Position numbers and translations under genes: made by a program
Notes under the pieces: generated by a model
Databases searched by the model: none
Seen by the model: the letters and a program-made list of their open reading frames with translations, nothing else
What the model was told of the DNA's origin: nothing
Shown here: positions 42,636 to 52,360 of the stretch, one piece after another
Position numbering within the stretch: position 1 is the first letter of the stretch
How the letters are laid out: each line of letters opens with the position of its first letter
NCBI RefSeq assembly: GCF_000142905.1
Contig: NW_013657674.1
Span: 29,787-93,786 of the forward strand
From: Thecamonas trahens ATCC 50062
Taxonomy: Eukaryota; Protista; Apusomonadida
Direction of reading: 5' to 3'
DNA: 64,000 bases

Positions 42636-44419
42636 ATGCCCCAATCTGAACGCGGCGAGTCGCACAGAGGACACCGCGACCAGAGACGGGGACGGGGACG
42701 GGGCCGGGGACGGGGACGGGAACGACGGCGCAGAGGCGGACGAGGAGGACGGCGACGAGGACGAGGACGGGGACGGGGATTCCAGAGACGGGGACGGGGC
42801 CGTGGTCAAGGCTCGCACCACCAGAGACGGCACTGGCAGCGCGGAAGAGATGACGATGAAATCGATGCAGACGACGATGAGATGGATTCGCGGATGTTTG
42901 CCCGGGCAGAACTCCCTCCTCAGACGGTGCTGGAGCGGACCCAGGCGAGCGTGGCCGCCGCAGCCGGTCGCGCAGTGGCTGACATGCCAGTGCTCCCGGG
43001 CCTCGTCTACGATCCGGTTCGTGATCGGTACTTTGCGCTGCCGTCGACCGGATCGGCGCCGCCGTGGGCCACCTCGTCCGCCGGCCCGTCGTCGTCGCCG
43101 ACGCCGGCTCGACGGGAGCCCCCCCCTTCGCCCGAGCCTGCGATGCTGCCACGCCCACCATCGGCCATGGCGTGGCGGATACAGCGAGCGCTCGGCCTTG
43201 CCCGATCTTCCAAGCTGCGTCGGTCGCTGCTGAGTGTTGCGCCGCTGCAGGGTCCAACCGCAAGCGTGTGCGTCATGGACGAGCCTGTAGTGTGGAGCAG
43301 CGAGGCCGTGGCGGTCTCGCCCACAATGGTGTCCGGACCGCGCATGCCGGGCGCGTTCCCGACATCGCTCATTGTGTACTCGCCGCAACGATTTGGCATG
43401 GTCTTGAGCAGCAGCGCTGTGTCGGCGCGGACTGCGACCTGGCAGTGCGAGACCATGCTCGAAGCGCCGACGGCGGTCCTCCCGTCGCTGCCGGCGCCGG
43501 TGGTGCTGCGGGTGACCGCCGACGAGGATGTCGTTCGCACCGGCATCGTTGTTGTCTCTCACGAAACTCCCATCACCGTCTTTCATGCCAACGCCGCGAT
43601 GCGGTGCTTGCCTGGCCGTGACCTTGTTTCATCGCCAGGCGCTCTGCCTGAGATGAGCGCCTTTCTCTCGGCATCTGACCGCAACGTCTTTGCGCTCGAC
43701 GCAGAGTCCGGACGGATCTTGCGCGTTGCGCGCCTTCCGTCGCGCGCCCACCGGGTTGTGGCGAGCCTTGCGTACGAGCCACATGCACAGCTGCTCCTTG
43801 TTGGCGCCACCTCGCGCGATGGTGGTGGACAGGCTCTGTCTGCCCACGACGTTCGCGCGCCGTCGCTCTCGCCTGCTATTACCTTTGAGCTTCCGCGAGC
43901 ATCCGGGTCGCACACCCACCGTATTGCGCCGTTTGTGGCGCCCTGGGGTCCATGGGGTCTGTCAACACCGGCGAGTGCCGGCCGATTCGGGACTCACGGC
44001 CCTTCGACCGCGTCGCTGTGGGATATTCGCTCGTCGACGCCGCTCTTCAAGTTTGCCGCTGCTGCCGCTGAGGGGCGCGGTACTCGTTCACGCCCGACGG
44101 CGCTCACATGCTTGGGCTGACTGGACTCTATGGCGGGCGCGGCAGTGGTACTCTTCAGCCGTCGATTTCAGTCTGGTCTGCGCACACCGGTGAACGTCTC
44201 GGCATCGAGACGCTCGATGTGGCCGACCTGGGTGACGATGGGCCGCGCGCGCTGGTCAAGCCTTGGCGCATCGTGTGCACGCCAGGACCTGACGCAGGTA
44301 TGGATGCTGGCAGCTATGCGGTGCACACACTACTGCTTCCGCGACAGCGCGCGTTTGATGGCGACGTGGCGTTTACGGTCCATTCGGTGGCGCCCGGCAG
44401 TCATTACACACTGGCGTAG
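42636..44419 (+). CDS. DCAF4/WDR21-like divergent WD40 protein (frameshift near 44073)
   Basis: PVLPGLVYDPVRDRYFAL resembles the DCAF4 N-terminal PGxYxDPEKKRYF motif; HDVR and LWDIR WDxR-like motifs; shifted tail ISVWSAHTGERL. Confidence 0.6.
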
Positions 44420-47400
44420 CTCTCGTAGGTGTACTCGTAGGCGTCGTCGTCGTTGCGGCGGCTCGGCCGGCGGACGTCACCGTCCGAGTCGTCGGTGATG
44501 GCCTGCCGGCGACAGATTGAGACGATGACGGGGCCAACGCCGCCAGCAACCAGCAGGACCAGGCCCCACCCGATGAGGAGAACGATGAAGAGGGCCCAGG
44601 ATTGGTGGGCGTCGAGTGCGACGCCGAGGGCAGCGACCGCGACAGACCAGAACGAGAGGGCGTAAAAGATGACCTTGTAGGTGTTGACCCAGCGAATCGG
44701 GCATGGCTGGTAGCGGTGGGTAACGGCGGCGAGGAGCGCAATGCCAAGTGCAAGGACGACCAAGCCGATGGCCTTGGACTCGGTGAGGACAACGACGCCG
44801 ACCGACGCGACGAGCTTGACAATGCGCTCGCCGAGCGTGTAGAGCGCCACAAACTGGGCATCGGTCTCGCCCGAGTAGTCGACGGTAAACGAGAGGCCGA
44901 TAAAGGCTGAAGAAAAGACGTAGACCATGAGGATGGTCATGGTGAACGCAACGTAGAGCGAGTGACCTGTGCCCCAGCACTCGAGCGAGGGGTCAGCCGC
45001 AAGGAATGGGCTGCCGACATTCGAGTAATCGCATTTGAACATGCGGAACATGTTGACCGTGACCGCAAGAAAGAGAGTGTGGGCGAGGAACCGCGAGATG
45101 TCCTCGCACCACACGATCGACGACAGCGCACCCGCAAGATTGGCGGAGAGTGCGTTGACCGCCAGGTATGACGCCAGCAGCCACCAAAGCAGCGCAATGG
45201 TGGCCGAGAGCCAGTAGGCGAGCAGAAATCGCGAGCCGCCGAGGTCGAGCACAAACGGGTTGAAAATGGTGTCTACAGACGACTCGGATGGGTAGACCTC
45301 GACCGCCGGAATGAGCGAGAGTGAGGTCAGCTGGGCAAACTCGACAACGATGAAGAACAAAGCGCAGGCGTTGCGAAAGTTGGGCCTGACCCGGGTGGGT
45401 GGGTTGTTGATCGAGGTAAAGGTACCAAACTTGTCGGCCCGGGCGAGGACAAAGACAAGCACCATCCAGCAGAGGAGGGCGCCGAGGAAGACGCCGGTGC
45501 CCAGGCCGGCCACCTGCTCCCACGACGACGGCGCAACCGCGCGCATGATCCAGAACGGGAAGATCCACGGAAAGAGGAGGAGCGCAAAGGTGCCGAGGTG
45601 TGCAGACATCTGGGTGCCGAGCTTGGTCACCATCGGCGCCGCCATCGCCCGACTAAAGTCGATGCCAAAGCCGGTCGGGCCACGGCGGGCAGTGTTCAGC
45701 CTGTCGGCATCAGCCTCGGACGACGACGCGTTCGACGGGTGGTCGGCCAGCCGGCCGGTGCACGGATCGCAGCACATGAGCGACGGCAGCAGTGTCGCTT
45801 CAGACCGCTTGGCTGCCGACGCAATGTCAAAGCCGTGCTTCCTCCGCAGGCCCGAGTCCGAGTACGTCACCGACGACCCGGACGATGACGACGACTTGAC
45901 CTTGCCCCATGTTGCGAGACCGTCGGTGGCTTCCGTTTTGATCGAGCGTTTGCCCTTGGTGGACCGCTTGCCCTTGGTAGTGCGCTTACCCTTGGTAGTG
46001 CGTTTGCCCTTGGCAGTGCGCTTGCCCTTGGTGGACCGCTTGCCCTTGGTGGACCGCTTGCCCTTGGTGGACCGCTTGCCCTTGGTGGACCGCTTTCGCA
46101 TCGCCCCGCTGGCGCTCATGTCGACAGAGTCGCTAGAAACGGGTGTAGTGGATGACGCCGACACAGCCCGTGATGCATCCGATGGCGTCAATGAGAGCGA
46201 GCTCGAGACGGTGGCTTTGCCCTTATTGCTCTTGCCCTTGTTGCTCTTTCTGCTCTTTCTGCTCTTCTTGCTCTTGCTCGCCCGCGTGCGCTTGTTCTTG
46301 CGGCTCGATTTGCTGCTTCGCCTTGCCTCTTCCTCTTGCTCCTCAGACTCCGAGTCCGAGTACGAGCCGAGATCGACAAAGTCCGAGTCGTCATCATCAC
46401 ACGAGTCTCGCTGCGAGGAGGACGCCGAGGCCGAGTCGCCATCAGGCTGGAGAGCGGCAGCCCACCGAGCAGCGCGGCGGGCGCGGCGGGCGCGCCGCTT
46501 GGCGTACGAACCATAGCACGGGCGGCACGCAATGGATGAGCCATGGTACTCGCGAGACGCCGACGCGTACTCTTGCGCGGCGAGGAGAATGCCGGAGATC
46601 ATGACAAAGAGACCAAAGACCAGGTACGCGAGATAGACCGAGAGAAGCTCGCAGTACCGACCTGCGCCAAAGACCCGCTTGAGTGATGCGCTCTTGAGGT
46701 GCGGGTGGTTGCGAAAGGCTGCCATGAGCGAGCGGACCGAGTCCAGCGTCGTGAGATTGTTGCCATCGAGACGCAACTCCTCCAGAGTTGCGTTGTTGCG
46801 CAGCGCAGCAGCAAGCGCCTTGCCCTGTTGTGCGTTGAGTCCGCACGCAAGCAGATGCAGCGTCCGCAGGGCAGCCGGCGCTGGAACTCGGTAGTCCAGC
46901 CAGCGTGCGAGCGACGGCACAAAGCCGGAGGTGGGCGCCAGGTCAGCGAGCGTCGTCCGCTCCAGCACCAGCGTGTGGAACCGACGGAGGCCCGAGAGCG
47001 ACTCGATGAGCAGCGCACCTGCGTCACCCATGTCGCACGCCACCAGCGTCAGCTTTCGCAGCCGCTTCGCCGAAGGCAGTGCCTTGGCCAGCACCATGAG
47101 AAAGCCCGAGTGCCGCGACTCGACGTGAAAGTCCTTGACATGGGTGAGGAGCGAGCCGACAAGCTCGGTCTGGCCACCCTCGCACGCCGCGTTGATGTGG
47201 GCAACAGTGACGACTGCTCCAAGTTTGCGGAAAACCCGGACAGCCCGCGAGTAACCGCGTTCGCACGCGTAGTCCATCGGCGTCCGGCCCGACGCGTCAG
47301 GCGTGTTGAGTGCAGACTTGAGCAGCCCGACCGTGGTCCCCGTGTTGACCAGCAGCGCCACGACAAGGTTGTGACCTGCGCGGGCGGCGGCATGGAGTGG

Positions 47401-48867
47401 CGTCGACCGTGCGGTGTGGACCGTAATCTCGGGATCAGCCCCAGCCTCGAGGAGCGCCGAGACTGCGCGGACGTAGTTGGCACCGGCGGCAACGTGCAGC
47501 AGAGTGCTGCCTTCCTTATCGCGCGTTCGAAGCATGCGCGACGATCGTGACCGCAGTAGAGCACCATTCTCGAGCAGAAACGCGGCTACGTCGAGATGGC
47601 GGGCCTTGATGGCACACTCGAGTGCAGAGCCGCTGGCGTTGTAGTAGTTGACGTCGGCGCCGGCGCCGATGAGCAGCTGGACAAGCGCCATCGAGCCACG
47701 GCTTGCCGCCAGCTGCAGCGGAGTTGTGTTGTCGCGTGCAAAGGCGTCGACAAGGGCGCCACCCTCAACGAGGCCCTTGGCCACGTAAAGCAACCCGTTG
47801 TGCGCCGCATAGTGGAGTGGGGTGTTCTTGAACCCGCGCCGCTCGGGCGTCCGCACATCCAGCCGCAGATGTGCAAACCGCGGTGCCGACCGCAGCGACG
47901 CTCGCAGCGACGCCCGCCCAGCTCGCGGCGTCTCGTCGGCCTCGGTGCCGTCGTCGCCGGCAAACCGGACAGCCGATACCGAAATCTCATCGCCGAGCCC
48001 TGCCGGCGCCGCCGACGCCTCGGCCGGCACCACAAACTCGAGCAGCGCGTACGCCACGTCTAGCTTCTCAAACTTGGCCGCCAGCAGGATCGGGGTCTCG
48101 CCTGCGCGCGACCGCGCGTTGAGTGTCGCCGGCAACAGCGCAGCCTGGACAATCTCGGCATTGCCGCGGACCACCGCGTGGTGAATGGGGAGGTATCCGG
48201 CCGAGTCCTTCTCCACCAGCGCACCCTTGTGCTCGGCGGCGTAGGCCAGGATCTTGCTCACCGCCGTTCCCCGCCGAATCATCTTGCTCAGCGTCGGCAG
48301 TCGCTTTGACTGCAGCGCAACCTGACCAACCATTGACTTGCTTGTTTCCGACGAAGGCTTGTCCGACGACTCGTCCACTGACTTGTCCGACGATTGCTTG
48401 TCGCCGGACCTGCCGGACTTGTCCGACGACGGCTCTGACGACCCAGCCTCGGCTTTCGCCTCGTTCTCACCTTGGTCATTGCCACCATCGTCATCGTCAT
48501 CGTCGTCCTCGTCGCCATCGTTCTCGCCAGTGTCCTCGCCAGTGCTCCCCTCATCGCCATTGTTCTCGCCAACATCATCGCCAGTGTCTCCGTCACCGCC
48601 GTCGTCACGGCCATCCTCCTCCCGTCTGCTGCCGTCGTCTCTGGAGCCATCACTCTCCTCATGCGCTGCACCTGACGCCGATGCCGACGCCGATGCCGAT
48701 GCCGATGCTGGTGCTGGTGCCGGTGCCGGTGCTGGTGCCGAGGCCGAGGCCGAGGCTGAGGCCGAGGCTGTGTCTGCCACAGGCACGGGCGGCAGTGAGC
48801 GCTTGCGGGACTTCTTGCTCCGGCTGCCCTTGCCCTTGCTCTTGCTCTTGCTCTTTTTCTTGCTCAT
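44404..48867 (-). CDS. Ankyrin-repeat + RI-like LRR + multi-pass membrane protein
   Basis: About 8 ankyrin repeats (TPLHYAA, TPLQLAA, TPLHAAA), LRR (LRNNATLEELRLDGNNL), C-terminal about 8-10 TMs with C..FLAADPSLECWGTGH motif. Confidence 0.8.
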   Translation of the reverse strand: MSKKKSKSKSKGKGSRSKKSRKRSLPPVPVADTASASASASASAPAPAPAPAPASASASASASASGAAHEESDGSRDDGSRREEDGRDDGGDGDTGDDVGENNGDEGSTGEDTGENDGDEDDDDDDDGGNDQGENEAKAEAGSSEPSSDKSGRSGDKQSSDKSVDESSDKPSSETSKSMVGQVALQSKRLPTLSKMIRRGTAVSKILAYAAEHKGALVEKDSAGYLPIHHAVVRGNAEIVQAALLPATLNARSRAGETPILLAAKFEKLDVAYALLEFVVPAEASAAPAGLGDEISVSAVRFAGDDGTEADETPRAGRASLRASLRSAPRFAHLRLDVRTPERRGFKNTPLHYAAHNGLLYVAKGLVEGGALVDAFARDNTTPLQLAASRGSMALVQLLIGAGADVNYYNASGSALECAIKARHLDVAAFLLENGALLRSRSSRMLRTRDKEGSTLLHVAAGANYVRAVSALLEAGADPEITVHTARSTPLHAAARAGHNLVVALLVNTGTTVGLLKSALNTPDASGRTPMDYACERGYSRAVRVFRKLGAVVTVAHINAACEGGQTELVGSLLTHVKDFHVESRHSGFLMVLAKALPSAKRLRKLTLVACDMGDAGALLIESLSGLRRFHTLVLERTTLADLAPTSGFVPSLARWLDYRVPAPAALRTLHLLACGLNAQQGKALAAALRNNATLEELRLDGNNLTTLDSVRSLMAAFRNHPHLKSASLKRVFGAGRYCELLSVYLAYLVFGLFVMISGILLAAQEYASASREYHGSSIACRPCYGSYAKRRARRARRAARWAAALQPDGDSASASSSQRDSCDDDDSDFVDLGSYSDSESEEQEEEARRSSKSSRKNKRTRASKSKKSRKSRKSNKGKSNKGKATVSSSLSLTPSDASRAVSASSTTPVSSDSVDMSASGAMRKRSTKGKRSTKGKRSTKGKRSTKGKRTAKGKRTTKGKRTTKGKRSTKGKRSIKTEATDGLATWGKVKSSSSSGSSVTYSDSGLRRKHGFDIASAAKRSEATLLPSLMCCDPCTGRLADHPSNASSSEADADRLNTARRGPTGFGIDFSRAMAAPMVTKLGTQMSAHLGTFALLLFPWIFPFWIMRAVAPSSWEQVAGLGTGVFLGALLCWMVLVFVLARADKFGTFTSINNPPTRVRPNFRNACALFFIVVEFAQLTSLSLIPAVEVYPSESSVDTIFNPFVLDLGGSRFLLAYWLSATIALLWWLLASYLAVNALSANLAGALSSIVWCEDISRFLAHTLFLAVTVNMFRMFKCDYSNVGSPFLAADPSLECWGTGHSLYVAFTMTILMVYVFSSAFIGLSFTVDYSGETDAQFVALYTLGERIVKLVASVGVVVLTESKAIGLVVLALGIALLAAVTHRYQPCPIRWVNTYKVIFYALSFWSVAVAALGVALDAHQSWALFIVLLIGWGLVLLVAGGVGPVIVSICRRQAITDDSDGDVRRPSRRNDDDAYEYTYESYASV
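45950..46095 (-). repeat. 18-bp coding tandem repeat (KRSTKG)n, about 8 copies
   Basis: ttgcccttggtggaccgc units read directly. Confidence 0.9.
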
Positions 48868-49666
48868 GCTTTGTCTCTGTCCCAGCTGCCGTCGGCTTGT
48901 TCGCCTGCGACAACTGGTGCGCCGTCTACTTCCGCTGTCGAGCCTCCAATCAGTCGCCGTCCCCCCCCCGCTGCGCGGTGTTCCGCGACTCGCCGGGGCA
49001 CCCCCACCGGCCATACACGGCATAGCGCATTCAAATCAGTCGTCAACACCAATCAGACCATGGCACAAGGCCAACATATACTTTCGGTTGTGGATCACTG
49101 CAGTTTTGGATGTGCAGGCAGTATAGGCGACACAGTTGATGTCAAACAGCTCCGGGAGGCTACACCTTGCGCCTGCAATGGTGGGTCTCATCCCAAAGTT
49201 GATGCGTTTGGCCCAGCCCTTTCGGCGTTCGGCCACCGAGCCATTGATTTCGGCCATAGTCGGCTCGGTGAGGCGGATGAAGGACAGCGACCACGACCAC
49301 GAGAACGACCACGGCCACGAGAACGACCACGACCACGAGAACCACTGTATGTAATGACCCGCACCCCATCCTCATTCCCACATCGTCCCAACTACTTTAT
49401 CCCAACCTCCATCCCACCAACCTTCCCATCATCATGCTGCGCCTTTCCCACCACTGCAGCTCAGCAACCAACCATCTCTTGGAGTCCGAACGAAAAGCTG
49501 ATGCGACAGGCGGGCGGGCGGAAGGGGATGGGGGGGGGGGGATGGGGTGGCAACCCACGCCGTTTCCAACCGTAGCCACTGCAAGGCGAGCCCTTCTCCT
49601 CCTCCTCTTCTCGGTACCAGACTCGCACACTTTTCTCTGTCGTCACCTTCAGAAACAGTGCTCAGC

Positions 49667-52227
49667 ATGACGTCTTCATCTTCTTCTTCTTCGTCCTCGT
49701 CTTCTTCTTCCTCCTCCTCGTCGTCGTCGTCGGCTGCTTCGGCCTCGGCCTCAGCCTCCTCGTCGGCTTCTTGCGGCTCAGCATCGGGATCGGACTCGAG
49801 CTCGGGCTACGGTTCGGGCTCGGGCTCGGGCTCGTGCTCAGACTCGGCAGTGATGGGCCTTGGGCTGACGCAGGAGCAGATTGCCACCTTCCGGGTCAAG
49901 TTTGATGAGCTCGACGCCGACGGCTCGGGCTACATCACGGCCGACGAGCTGGGTGCGCTGGCGGCGGCGATTTCGACCGACGACGACGTGGCCGATGTCG
50001 ACGAGCTGATGGCCGAGGCCGACGTTGACGACGATGGCCAGATCTCGTTCTTTGAGTTTTGCAAGATCATGTCCGAGGCTCAGGCCGACAACTACCGGCT
50101 GATCTGGGAGGTCTACCGCTACGCCACCGGTGGCAGCGGCCTGCTCACCGAAAAGGCGCTGGGCAAGCTGATGAGCAAGGCGGGACGGGCCAAGTACGCC
50201 AAGTCCTCGGGATCGTCAATTGGCATGATCGACGAGGCCAACCTCCGCACGCTCCACGGCGTCAACCCGCTCTACACCCAGCAGGTGGCGGCGTCGGCCG
50301 ACCGCAGCGCACGCAAGAAGCTCATTTCAGTCCTTGAATCCGAGGAGCGCAAGGAGCTCTCGCTGGAGGCTTTCGCGCGTGCGCTTGGCCACGAGGGCAC
50401 CATCGACGAGCTCTCTGACCTCTCGGGCTCGGGCTCCGGTTCGGACACCGTCTCGGACAACGCGCCCAAGAGCCGCAAGCGCCGCGGTGGCCCCAAGCGC
50501 CGAGCCGGCCAGCGCGCCGGCGGTGTGCCCACCATTGCCGCTCATGAGTTCTTCCTCGGCAAGACGTACGACATCGAGTTCCAGCCGGCGCTCACCGTCA
50601 AGGAGCTGCACAAGGCTGTGGCCAAGGCTGCCGCCGAGCCCGTCGCCAACGTCCGCCTCTTCCACAACGGCTTTGAGCTCGAGGCCAAGGACGGGACCAC
50701 GTGCGGCGAGCTCGGCATGGAGGCGAACGAGACCCAAGTCCATGTCCTCTACCACCCGCGGACCAACAAGCTCTCGTGGGGCGACGCTGTCGGCGCCGAT
50801 GGCGAGCTGGACCTCGACGTCATCTTTAAGCACTTTGAGCACGAGGGTGCCATCTCGGACTCGTTTGCCAAAAAGCTGGTCAAGAAGGCGACCCGCCACT
50901 TTCAGGCCCAGCCGACCATGATCGAGGTCGCGGGCCCGATCACCGTCGTCGGTGACATCCACGGTCAGTTCTTTGACCTCCGCAACATCTTTGAGGCTGG
51001 CGGCGCTCTCGGCGACCGCAAATACCTCTTCCTCGGCGACTACGTCGACCGCGGCTACTTTTCGACCGAGACCGTGCTCTTCCTCCTCGCCGCCGTCCTC
51101 CGCTACCCGGACAAGGTCTTCATGCTCCGCGGGAACCACGAGTCGGCGTCGCAGGCCGCAAAGGCCTCCGGCTCCGGATCGGAGATCACCCGGAAGCTCT
51201 CGCAGAAGATGCTCGACTCGCTCATCAACATGTACCAGTCCATGTCGCCGTGCGCCCTTCTCGAGTCGACGCCTGGATCGGGCCACAAGTTCTTCTGCTG
51301 CCACGGTGGCATTGCCAAGGCCTTCCCCAAGGTCTCCAAGCTCGCCACCTTTGACCGCACACCCGAGGACGAGCGCATTGCTAAGGGCAAGCTCAAGGAG
51401 ATCATGTGGAACGATCCGGCGCCCGACCACGACTTTAGCGACGACGACGAGGCCCACCCAAGGGCTCGGACGCAAAGTGGCGCCTCGACAAGGTCGTCGA
51501 CGACGACGCTTCTGACTCGGCCTCGGGCGGAAGCTCCAAGCGCGATTGGGCAAAGTCCAAGCGTGGCCGCAACATCTACACCTTCTCGCTCGCCGCCACC
51601 AAGGCCTTCCTCGCCCGCAACAACATCCGCGGCATCATCCGCGGCCACCAGCAGAAGCCCGGCTACTCAGTCTCCAAGCCCGGCCCGTTTGGCATCCCGG
51701 CCGTTATCACCGTCTTCTCCGCCCCCAACTACGTTGACCAGTCGCTCGCCATGGGCGGCGTCGCCAAGTTTGACAAGGGCAACAAGCTCTCGCTCAAGGA
51801 GTACACCTGGTCCTTCCATCCCGTTTACCACAACGGCGCTCACCTGACCAAGCCGTTTGAGAAGAACTACGTCATGGAGGCCTTCCTCGTCTACCTCTCT
51901 CACTTCCATCCCAAGATCCTCAAGACCGTCTCGCTCGTCCACCTCCGCTCCACCATCGAGGCCCGTAAGTTCATCGCCGTCATGCGCGCACGTGGCCACG
52001 ACGTCACCCTCGCCGACCTGCAGGAGGCCACCTCGGACTGGGACTACCTCAAGGCTAACCTGCTCGAGGTCCTCTCCCACTCCAAGTCGCCCTCCGTCCG
52101 TGCCTTCCGCCGCGACAAGCTCAAGCGCAAGACCGGCTCCAACTGGGCCAAGGGCTTTGACCATCTCGCCTACTCGATCCTCGCCGAGGCCCAGAACGAG
52201 GTCGAGGAAATCACCTATGATGTCTAG
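49667..52227 (+). CDS. EF-hand + ubiquitin-like + calcineurin A-like PPP phosphatase (frameshift near 51455)
   Basis: EF loops DADGSGYITADE and DVDDDGQISFFE; Ubl-like LTVKELH..VRLFHNGFELE..TCGELGM; GDIHGQFFDL, FLGDYVDRGYFS, LRGNHE, HGG; after the shift RGHQ and ITVFSAPNY. Confidence 0.88.
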
Positions 52228-52360
52228 CTGCACAGCTGTTTGTTGTCACGCCCTGTGCCACCATCGCCCATCAACCACCATCCTCCTCGATAAATCCTAG
52301 CCCATCTCAGCCAAGCCCTTGCTCTGGCTGTGTCAGCCGAGATGGGGCCATGTCACTGTG

